A stretch of DNA of 64,000 nt. It comes from Octopus sinensis. Lineage: Eukaryota. The stretch is taken from contig NC_043008.1 of the NCBI RefSeq assembly GCF_006345805.1, positions 12,648,001 to 12,712,000 of the forward strand, in the 5' to 3' direction. The notes beneath the pieces are model-generated. The model saw only the letters and a program-made list of their open reading frames with translations. It was not told where the DNA came from and ran no database searches. The position numbers and the translations under genes are program-made. Position 1 is the first letter of the stretch. Each line of letters opens with the position of its first letter. Positions 14,143 through 24,902 of the stretch are shown piece by piece.

Positions 14143-14647
14143 TACAGTAATACCTCGTTTATCGCGGTAGACTGGTTCCGAGACCGGCCGCGATAACTGA
14201 ATTTCCGCGAAGTAGGAACACCATATTTACAGTATTCATTTAATGTGTATTTGGACTTTTAAACACCCCCCCCCCTTTACTGTTAACAACCCACCCATTA
14301 CAGTAGTCTATTAATAACAAGGACAACTGTTAAGTAATAACACTTTAGATTTAAAAAAATTAAAGATTGTTACTGTTACACAGGCCAGATTACAAAATAA
14401 GAAGCTGTGATTCGTCGTCTCTCTCCATTGCACCAATCGCAGCACATCTTAAGTTCAAATACCCCTGTATATGTTTCTTTTGCTATTTTACGCTTGTTTT
14501 GTTGTTCCTAGACTAGGAAATAATATTTATTATTAATATTTTAACGGATTTAATGAAAATGTTTAGGCGTTCATATATATATATTAAAAATCCGCGAAGT
14601 TGTGAATCCGCGATAGTTGAACCACGAAGTAGCGAGTGATCACAGTA
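14143..14647. mobile_element. Tigger/pogo-like MITE
   Basis: Begins tacagtaatacctcgtttatcgcgg and ends ccgcgatagttgaaccacgaagtagcgagtgatcacagta, with subterminal ccgcga repeats. Confidence 0.7.
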
Positions 14648-15992
14648 AATATAATACTTTACTTTGAAGACGTTCAGCGCAATATCCCTTAGCATACTGT
14701 TCTCAACAGATTTCGGTTCATGGCTGAAATAATTTCATTTCCTTAACTTGGCACAAGAAAAACATAAACGTCTGCGAATCAAACTTTTCCTTCTTATATA
14801 AATTCACGGCTGTGTGATTAAGTGGACAACGCCTACAATGTTGGTGAGGAATCAAAGCCTTCGAGTAAAGGATTGTTTAAGCCTTTAAGAGTTTTACATT
14901 ACTCAACCCTTATTAATCACAGTAAAAAGCGTGATCTCACTAAAGATCGTTGACAATGTAGAAATAGCAGCTAAATTTCATTGAAACCACAGCCTACCTT
15001 CTTTTTCTAAAGGAAGTCTACATTGCTTAAAGCGTTACAGATACTAGAACATTTTGGTTTTAGTTCTTCATAAAGGAAACCTCATCACTGCAAGAATTAT
15101 TTGATCATAGGTTTACTTGTATAGAGGGGAATATGGCGCTAAACATCATCATTGTCAACAGCAACGACAGGTAACAAATTACAACAACTATGAAACTGGT
15201 TCACTGTGTGTATGCATATCTATATATGTATGTAAGTGTGTGCATCTGTATGTATGTATTCTGCATATTCACGTGCTTGCATATCCGTGTTTGAGTATTT
15301 TTATGTATGTGTGTGAGCGTGTGGTTGTATATGTATGCATCTCTGTCTTCATGTGTGTGCATGTCTGTGTGTGTGTTTGTGTGTGTTTGCAACTATGTAC
15401 CATGTTTGTATGTATGGATGTGCATCTCTATATGTGTGGACACGTATCTCCATATCTGTCCTTGTGTGGAGTAAGGTGTGTGTGAATATATAGTCATGTG
15501 TTTCAGTCTCCATTTGCGTATGTGTGCTTGTCTGTTCTTATAACCTATGCACCTATCTGTCTGTATGTTGATCTGTTTATTTTCATATCCACATGCTTAC
15601 ATACATGTGCATACACACACACATTCCCACACAAACAACGAAAATTTTAGGAAAATAAAAATAAGAACTAAGTGGAAATTTTACCGGTGAGAGTGTTAAA
15701 TTATAAGGCACAAAAAGAAAATGACTCTCCCCAGACACAACAGAATATTAATAGTAAAGCATTGATAGTAAAATACATAAGTTTTATGATACATAGACAA
15801 CAATTTACGATTGAAAGCCATTCCAGTTAGATCACTCTTGGATAATTAAGTATGGATATATGGAAGGATACTTGCGGTTGGAAAGTATGTCACTATAATG
15901 CAGTGATGTGTTGTGCTGATATCTCATTAATTAGATGCCTATTATCAGATAAGCTGAAGCATCATTATACATACATACATACATACATAACA

Positions 15993-16060
<68 letters not shown>

Positions 16061-16061
16061 A

Positions 16062-16106
<45 letters not shown>

Positions 16107-16294
16107 CATATATATATATATACATATATATATACATACATACATACATATATATACATACATATATACATATATATATATATACATACATATATACATA
16201 TATGTATATATATATGTATATATATATATATATGTATATATATGTATGTATATATATATGTAATATATATATATATATATACATACACACACAT

Positions 16295-16371
<77 letters not shown>

Positions 16372-16487
16372 CGTGTGTGTGTGTGTGTATTATTCAGAAT
16401 TTAACATAGGAGAAGCCGGGTCTTTGGACACACTTGCGCATAATTCTCATAATGACATTTGTCGGTTCTCTCCAGACAATCACTTAC

Positions 16488-16537
16488 CAATGAAAAGACC
16501 ACATGTAGGGCCAAACCAGGATGCGTTTATGATGCAG
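16488..16537 (-). CDS. Candidate 50-nt exon of an unidentified gene
   Basis: Acceptor atattccAG, donor G/GTAAGT. Open as [16 protein letters not shown] or [16 protein letters not shown]. No family recognised. Confidence 0.3.
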
Positions 16538-17881
16538 CTGGAATATGGGAGTGCGTATGTGCGTACTGTGTACGTGTATGCGTGTGTCTGTGTGTGTGTG
16601 TCTGAGTGTGTGTGTCTGTGTGTGTGTGTGTCTGTATGTGTGTGTATGTGTGTGTTTGTGTATGCCTGTGTTGGATGTAATGTTTTTAATGCTTGGCGGT
16701 GAAATGCTGCATTCCATAATCCTATTGATATATTATTTGATGGAATTAGATTCCTTTGACATTGTATCTCTTTGTTAAGTCTTAAAATGTAACATTAATA
16801 AATGAAAATGGAAAAGAAAGAAAGGGAAAAATCCCCGCCCCCCATTATTCCCCAATTGCTTTATTGAAGCAATATCAATGACGACAACGGCCTCGATATC
16901 AAAACAATCAGTATTATTTGATGATTTGCAATAAAACTAATGAGATATGATAGCGTATATCACAGCTGCTGAAGAAAGACACTGGCAGGTGGTATACATC
17001 TTTTGTATTTAATAGACAAGGAAAGAAACCAACGAAATACAAGATTACGATGACAGAGCTGTCAGAGCACCGAGAATATTTAATTTCATCCCTTTTTGTT
17101 CTGACATCGACTTTGCTTTTAAAACTGCCAGTGCAGGGAAATTTTATTTTCCAGGCAAATACGGGGATCGATCTTAATCGACTGTTCTCTCCCTCAAAAT
17201 TTCTGAATTTGTGCCACAATAACTGTATATATTTTTAAAGCGAGTTTCACTCATGCAAAATTCACTATTTCATAGAAATAACAATAGAAATAAATTTCAT
17301 AGAAATTAGTAACGCAACCAATATATTTATTATTAACGCAACCAATAATTTTATGCCATTATAGATTATTTCCCCCCTCAAATAACAACGAAGAATAACT
17401 TAATTATATATTTAGTTGTATAAATATATTTATTTGTATCAAAATAATAAGGACATTGACATCATATAACATACCCGAAAGTTTATTCTCTGCTGGAAAG
17501 AGTTTAGAAGCAAATCACAAGACCTACCGACATCATTATGGCATCCAAGGGGAAAGCCGAGGTTAGTAATATCGGTTTGTATATTCTACATGCAACACAC
17601 GAAAAATTCCCAAGTTTTTCTGGAGGTTTATAGAGAGAGAACGGTTTGTCAATAATTACATAACTTTAATCTGAAAATTAAAGACGAATTACTAAAAATT
17701 CACTTCAACATGAAAAAAACAAAATTGAGAAGCTTCAATATTATAACTCACCTTTTTACCAAATAGTTGTTTAAAATGTTCGTTAAGATTAGTTTCTTTA
17801 ATGAATATTTCTAATATTGTTTTTAGTAATTAGATCAAAGCTCATAGAAGTGGGTACATAGAAAATCTAAATTATAACTTA

Positions 17882-18283
17882 ACTAGCAGTATCGCCCGGC
17901 GTTGCTCGGGTTTGTAAGGGAAATAGCTATATAAGCATTTTTAGAGAGTTATAGCCAAAAAATAGCAAAAGAATGCATTAAAAATGGAAAAAAAATTATG
18001 GTAAATTTTTTTTTTAAATCGTTGACTCATCGTAGACATTTTTAGAGAGTTACTTCCCTTTTTTTAATAGCGAAAAAATGCCTTAAAATGGAAAAAAATG
18101 ATGGTAATTTTTTTTTTAAATCGTAGACTCATCGTAGACGCGCGCTAATACCCAGAAGGGTTCGATATGAATCACGACTATAAGATACCCGGTTTTGGTT
18201 AAACTGCATCGCAAAATGTGGGAGTAGTTAGGAATCTAAATCGTAGGAGACAGACACACAACTTGACTTTTATATATAAAGAT
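17882..18283 (+). mobile_element. Non-autonomous Helitron/Helentron-like element, second subfamily
   Basis: Same 5' 33 bp as 3579; 3' acagacacacaacttgacttttatatataaagat; internal ~100-bp tandem duplication at about 17937-18138. Confidence 0.65.
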
Positions 18284-19740
18284 TACACCAAGAATACGCA
18301 CCAAACTTAGAAAAAAAGCCAATTTGGATTAGAAAATTCCATCATTTAGTTTACATGTTTAACACCTATAGCTAAACATTTCTGTCAACCCCACAGAATG
18401 ATTTCCCTCCAAATCACAAATAATATAAATGAATAAAAGAAAAGAAATTGTAAAATCCTATCTTTTATTAATATACAATAATATAGACATTCTCTGTAAT
18501 TAGAACCGTTTCAAAGTTAAAATTCTCTGAATTGTAATTGTATTAACATTACATGCTCATTTCATGGAAATTCTTAGAACTTATCTATTTTCGCACAGTC
18601 AGTGCAACAAAATCAATATCCTCTAGTTGACATGTAGATATAAACGCCGATTCCTAGAGCAGATTTTATTAGTTCACAAATATTCATATTAGAAAGTCAA
18701 ACAGAAAAGATGATGCATAGTTTTCGAGTTACATTTGGTACTCAAAAACCTACATATTCATTTTGTTGTCAAAACCGCTGCCAGAAAAAAAATAATATGT
18801 AAGCCTTGTACTTTAGAAACATATGAAAATGAAATTCTATCTCCTAGCTTTTAGTTACTTAATCTACATTCAGAAACAGTTTCATAGAAATAGCAAAGTA
18901 TTTTAAATCTAGTTTATCACCAAATAGGTAATTGTACTGCGGATACCTACGGCTACGTTTCCTTCAGATATATCAGCAAAATATTAATAAATTTTGCATT
19001 CTAACATATTAATTGTATTTATCCTGTGTATACAAGAGAAGATTAATTTTGAATATCGATTGTGCATTTAGAGGTAGGAAAATAGAATTCCATATGATTC
19101 TGTGGTGGCTTTTTATGTCGGGTTTCACCCCAAAATCAAATTATTAGTAACGCAACCAATATATTTAAATAAGATCTTTCAGCTTAAAATGTATTGTTAT
19201 ATGAACCAATAATGTATCAATAATAAAGCAATTGGTTTTTAAATATACCATTTCTACTTTGCAACAAGACTTGACAAACAAAGAACTTAGCTCTTCGCAC
19301 ACTTCTATTATATACTCAGTTAACATAATGGTTTAAAGCAAAATTCAATTTCTTTTTCTATTATACCATTTATTATTATACTATTTATTTAATTAGTCAA
19401 ACACCTACCGACAAACACTAATGCTATTAAATCAGGTATCTTTATATTTAACTCTCTTAATTTTATGCCATTATAGATTATTTTCCCCCTCAAATAACAA
19501 CGAAGAATAACTTAATTATGTATTTAGTTGTATAACTACATATTATCTTAAATTATTCGTTGGAAACAACTCTAATTGTATTATTACAAACCTAGTAAAA
19601 GGCCTCTAGTGTAGCTTCTTATCGCAATTAGTAACTCTTCTCTATTTGTTTCTATTCCCTTACCTACATTGTTTTAACCATTTTTTTAAATATCCAGTAA
19701 CCATATCGGATTCATTATCCTTTTTCCCATTAAGTCCTAT

Positions 19741-19945
19741 TCTTTCTCTTTATTTGTTTTAGTCATTTGACTGCGACCATGCTGGACCACCGCCTTTAAT
19801 CGATTAAATTGACCCCAGGACTTATTCTTTGTAAGCCTAGTACTTATTCTATCGGTCTCTTTCGCCGAACTGCTAATTTACGGGGACGTAAACACACCAG
19901 CATCGGTTGCCAAGCGATGTTAGGGGGAAAAACACAGACACACAA

Positions 19946-19994
<49 letters not shown>

Positions 19995-20166
19995 CATATA
20001 TATACGACGGGCTTCTTTCAGTTTCCGTCTACCAAATCGACTCACAGGCTTTGGTCGACCGGAGGCTATAGTAGAAGACACTTGCCCAAGGTGCCACGCA
20101 GTGGGACTGAACCCAGAACCATGTGGTTGGTAAACAAGCTACTTACCACACAGCCACTCCTGCGCC
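19741..20166 (-). mobile_element. SINE family A, full length
   Basis: Reverse-complement homology along its length. Confidence 0.92.
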
Positions 20167-20403
20167 TCCTTCGCATTTCCTTCATAAAACTGCTCTTTCA
20201 ACCTTTGTTCTACCAGAGAAAATGTCACTAATTACCGACTGGATCCAAATGGTTGTAATAATCTTCTTTTAATTAAATTTTATTCAAACTACCACTATTT
20301 CTTAGCTACATTAGATATGCTGTCAGGTGAATGAAGAATTGTTGTTTCTCAAATATTTAATAAAAAAAATACACCTTACAGAATATATTATAAATTTAAA
20401 TAA

Positions 20404-20663
20404 TTACAAAAATGCAGAATTACAATTCTTCATGGCAGTAAATGCAGACAGCATTGAAATGTTCTTGGCAAACATGGATATTACAACTCTTTCATGTAGT
20501 ACGACTTTTTCTGTCTTTTTTGGGGCCACACAAAGAACATCTTCCTTTATCTTAGGTTCTGCTGAAGTCGAGTCAGTCCTTACTGGTGAGGCAGCGGAAA
20601 TTGCCGAAACTGACCGATCAGTAGAGGGAATTCTCGATCGGTTTTTTCGGGCAATAACAGTCT
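20404..20663 (-). CDS. Candidate exon or terminal ORF, non-repetitive
   Basis: Acceptor ctatcAG at 20665-20664. Open reading ETVIARKNRSRIPSTDRSVSAISAASP..., with a possible internal donor CCA/GTAAGG. The opposite strand is also open, so the strand is uncertain. Confidence 0.25.
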
Positions 20664-20784
20664 CTGATAGTGTGCATGTATACAATTATGTGCTTTCACT
20701 ACAGCATGTTTGCATTTTAGCTCCTACTTCTAACAATCTAGGTGTTTCGAACACGCTAGTTGTGTTTAGTGTATATATGAATAT

Positions 20785-20849
<65 letters not shown>

Positions 20850-20897
20850 GGATGTGTTATAATACTATTCCACAGCCATAAAAACAATCCGACATAC

Positions 20898-20978
20898 CTC
20901 CATCATCAGCTGCTTCATGGATATCATTATGGTTTCGACACCTGGGCAGTACCACTCAATCCGGCAATGTCAACAGTA
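20898..20978 (-). other. Candidate 81-nt exon with an in-frame TGA
   Basis: Acceptor cacttattttAG at the end of a 67-nt GT-AG intron (21045-20979); donor GAG/GTATGT. Phase-0 reading YC*HCRIEWYCPGVETIMISMKQLMME. Confidence 0.3.
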
Positions 20979-21374
20979 CTAAAATAAGTGTTGTTTGGGA
21001 AGAAACAAACAATCCAAAGAAACCACAACTTTCAAACACATTTACCCAATGTACAGCCGTATCGATAAATATATTACATAAATAAATTATAGCTCCTCCT
21101 ATATACGTAACAAAACTGCGATAACTCTATTAAGTTATACACAATTATAATCCCTACCGTCTTCCGTAGTGTAATATAAACGTAAAAGCTTAATAGCGTC
21201 ATTATTTCAATCAATTATATAGGTAGGATTAAACACTAACTTTACTAAAACTACAACAGGAGACATATAAACCGATGGACCATATAAACCATCGATATTA
21301 ATAGTACACCTCAGTAACTAAATTGCGATCTAATAATCCCGCTGGTTTTCCATAGATATTACTATAACGAAAGT

Positions 21375-21759
21375 GGAGGCGCAATGGCCCAGTGGTTAGG
21401 GCAGCGGGCTCGCGGTCATAGGATCGCGGTTTCGATTCCCAGACCGGGCGTTGTGAGTGTTTATTGAGCGAAAACACCTAAAAGTTCCACGAGGCTCCGG
21501 CAGGGGATGGTGGTGATCCCTGATGTACTCTTTCACCACAACTTTCTCTCACTCTTACTTCCTGTTTCTGTTGTACCTGTATTTCAAAGGGCCGGCCTTG
21601 TTACTTTCTGTGTCACGCTGAATATCCCCGGAACTACGTTAAGGGTACACGTCTCTGTGGAGTGCTCAGCCACTTACACGTTAATTTCACGAGCAGGCTG
21701 TTCCGTTGATCGGATCAACCGGAACCCTCGTCGTCGTAACCGACGGAGTGCTTCCATCC
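21375..21759 (+). mobile_element. tRNA-derived SINE family C flanked by a long direct duplication
   Basis: ggaggcgcaatggcccagtggttagg (A box), ggtttcgattccc (B box), tail ccatcca. The flanks 21221-21374 and 21760-21933 are near-identical. Confidence 0.88.
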
Positions 21760-22339
21760 AGGTAGGATTAAATACTAACTATACTAAAACTACAACAGGA
21801 GACATATAAACCAATGGACCATATAAACCATCGATATTAATAGTACACCTCAGTAACTAAATTGCGATCTATCTTTAAGTCCATATAAATAATAATCCCG
21901 CTGGTTTCCCATAGATATTACTATAACGAAAGTTTAAACCTTATAAAATGTTTTTCCAAAACAAAACACGATTGAAATTAATTTAACTAATAACTAATAT
22001 TTTTCTGAGTGAAATGCATTATGACATCATTCAAATGTTTGTAATAAAACACTTACATACTCATTAATATATCACCACTACAAGTTATAATATTAAATTA
22101 CCGGTGACTAATATACACCTTAATTTCATTATATATATATATATGTATATATAGCGAGAGAGAGAGAATTAAGAGATAGAACTTCAATAAAGTAATTCAA
22201 TTAATACTGAAATATGTATAAATTTAAATGTATTACAATTAATGTTGCACTAAAAATTTCTACACATTAAAACGACTTTGTTATTATTATCGTGCTAAAA
22301 ATTTCTATACTAAATAATATACATTAAAAATGCATACAT

Positions 22340-22387
<48 letters not shown>

Positions 22388-22619
22388 GAAAACATACATA
22401 CATACATGCATATATATATATATACATATATATACAAAAATACCTATATATATTATATATACATATGTATATTATACATACAGATATATATATATTATAC
22501 ATGCATATATGTATATATATATATGTATATATATGTATATGTATATATATATGTATATATGTATATGTATATATATATGTATATATGTATATGTATATAT
22601 GTATATGTATATATATGTG

Positions 22620-22650
<31 letters not shown>

Positions 22651-22698
22651 GTATATATGTATATATGTATATATATATATACATATATACATACATAT

Positions 22699-22742
<44 letters not shown>

Positions 22743-23101
22743 ATGTATATATGCACACATATGTACACATACATATGTGCTTGTGAGTGTATAGAATTGT
22801 AACCAGTTCTGAATATATATCCATGAATTTTATTACATGAACCATTATGCTATAAATATTTCGTAATAACGTACTTCCAGAGGGGCCATAACTCTTTTCA
22901 AACTCTCCATGCTTTTTAGTTATCAATCGGAAGAGATAACTAACGGCCACCATTGTGCAACAAAGCATATTTGAAGCATCTCGTGGTTTTATCTGTAAAA
23001 TAGCTGCCAATCTCGTGGAATATCATTCGGTATTCCTCTTTGGATCATTGCTGCATGAAAATTCTGTATATCGGGAAGTAGTTCTACTTCTCTGTCTAAT
23101 A

Positions 23102-23475
23102 AACTAGAAAAACGCCGCCGCCGTGGTGATCTCATTCTCGCTCACAACATCATAAGCGGAAAGTGTAACCTCTCGAAAGAGCTGTTCTTCACTCCTGCTC
23201 CAGAACGTCGGCTGCGGGGGTCATTCCGAAAAGCTCTACCTGCGACGATTTCATCTCAATCGAAGGAGAGGAGCTTTCTCCGTCCGGGTTGCGGATCCGT
23301 GGAACAAGCTGCCAGACGAGATAGTGAAGATGTCGACGACCGCTTTGTTCAAAGTCTCCCTTGACCTCAAGTGGCCTGAACTCTTTACATGAACACCACC
23401 CTATACATAACTCCATGTCCCCCTACATGGCCTTGCTGTTTGCTTTTTGAGCCCCAAAATTAACTAACTAACTAA
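23102..23475 (+). mobile_element. CR1-type LINE 3' end, 5'-truncated and relatively young
   Basis: LEKRRRRGDLILAHNIISGK...RG / HSEKLYLRRFHLNRRRGAFSVRVADPWNKLPDEIV...WPELFT*, with one +1 frameshift near 23220. 3' UTR and (TAAC)n tail. Confidence 0.9.
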
Positions 23476-23619
23476 ACCGTTATTTTCAATTCTGGTTTGA
23501 CACTAGTTTTAGGTTAGATGCTACATATGCACATGTTTACTTTGACAGATTGAGGTCAAGCATCAACTCTTTGAGATTCTTTTTGGAAAGCACTTCACTA
23601 GTCAGTTAAGGTGAGACAG

Positions 23620-23991
23620 TGTCACGTGACAACTTACTGGGGCTGCCTGCTGGAGCCTAGCGACAGGTATTTAAAGGGAAAAAATTTGACAAGTCAGTCA
23701 GTCACCGGCTGACACGCGCTGACGATACATCGAAGAGGCCAGGGAACAGAAGAAAGAAGAAGGAAGAAGACATTCACCCAACACCAGAGCTGAAGACACC
23801 TCCGAAAGGGGGACCTCGCCACGTCAAAATGGTAGGAGGAGTAGGGGCCGAAACCGGACGTGGTTCCTCCTGATGATGTCTTGAGCTAACTGGATCCTAT
23901 AAAGGAGCTGTTGTGGTAGCAGATCTCGAAACACGGTTGTCATTCCCCTCCTTCCTTCATAATTATCTCTCCCGTTATCATCTGTCTAACA
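23620..23991. mobile_element. Unidentified GC-richer insert with LTR-like TG...CA ends
   Basis: Starts with the palindrome TGTCACGTGACA, contains tatttaaa, ends ...TCTAACA, and interrupts the transposase relic. No TSD found. Confidence 0.3.
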
Positions 23992-24239
23992 ATTCGAGGC
24001 CCTGATTTGCATCAAAACTAGATGATAGCAGTCTAACGAAGTGATATCAACACTGGTATGTGGATATATTTACTGTGGACAAGGTCGTTTTGCAGATTCT
24101 AAATCAGAAGACTTCAACGTGTATTCTGTGTTGCAATGAGCAATTTCATATTCATAACATGAAAACACAACTGCAGTTATTGACACTGTGTGCGTGCTTT
24201 TATGGAGGGCTTTTCCCATCATATATTCCATCTTATTTT

Positions 24240-24590
24240 CTTTTACTTGCTTCAGTTATTGGATTGCAGCCATGCTGGAGCATCCCCTGGAAGGGTTTAG
24301 CAGAACAAATCGCTCCATTACTTAATTTTTAAAATTGATGCTTATTTTACCGTCGTTCACTTTTGCCGGAACTTCTAAGTTAGGGGACATAAATAAATCT
24401 TAACTGATTGTCATGTAGTGGTAACGAATACACAGATATATATATGGCGGGCTTCCGCACAGTTTACGTCAAATAAATTTACTCACAATGTCGGCCCAGA
24501 GCTATAGTAGAAGACACCCAAAGTACAGCAGAATGGGACTGTACTGAAAACTACGTAGTTGTAAAGTAAGCTTTATAACCACACAGCCAT
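24240..24590 (-). mobile_element. SINE family A, old copy
   Basis: ttattggattgcagccatgctggagc ... gctatagtagaagacacc ... accacacagccat. Confidence 0.7.
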
Positions 24591-24820
24591 GACCCCCACC
24601 CGCCATGAAACCACTATTTTCTTTTTCGATTGTCGTAGGTACCCTACATACGTTTTGAATAGCGCAAGATTTTGTCTTCGTCAACAAGAAACAAAAGGTT
24701 ATTTGCACTAAGTCAGTGACATTTGTCTTTCATTTTACATTTATTACGAATAGAAAGCATTACAATTGTTTGATCAGATTTCTTGCGAACTTATAACAAT
24801 CTGCTAAAAAGCATACGATG

Positions 24821-24857
<37 letters not shown>

Positions 24858-24902
24858 CAATAGACAGAGTAAAAACATTGCCGACGCCCAAAATGATAAA
24901 AT

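Larger units (their letters stand above)
22840..24150 (-). pseudogene. Old DNA-transposase relic (WRLFIDSS/LKAVLLHNG family, possibly Chapaev3/CMC), interrupted by later insertions
   Basis: Minus-strand pieces LKELMLDLNLSK.TCAYVASNLK (23476-23600), KITVY / DREVELLP across the CR1 junction, and [17 protein letters not shown] (22930-23100). They resemble the remembered consensus ELNDLVRDLNLSK..AELLASRLK...EWRLFIDSSKRSLKAVLLHNG. Many stops. Confidence 0.55.

Noticed and set aside
16914-17238. ORFs of 101 and 62 aa
   Set aside because: They overlap a degenerate SINE family B remnant (about 17090-17220) and show no recognisable domain.
21375-21445. Functional tRNA genes at SINE heads (also 5759, 37881)
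   Set aside because: They have A and B boxes but no complete cloverleaf, and run straight into SINE bodies.
22870-22995. Host-gene exon [12 protein letters not shown]... with AG/GT boundaries
   Set aside because: Adjacent frames match the decayed transposase, so the apparent splice sites are probably coincidental.
23780-23945. Hammerhead in the LTR-like insert (CTGAAGA, CTGATGA ... GAAAC ... GTC)
   Set aside because: Core words are present, but stem I partners are not complementary and no clean stem II closes on GAAA.
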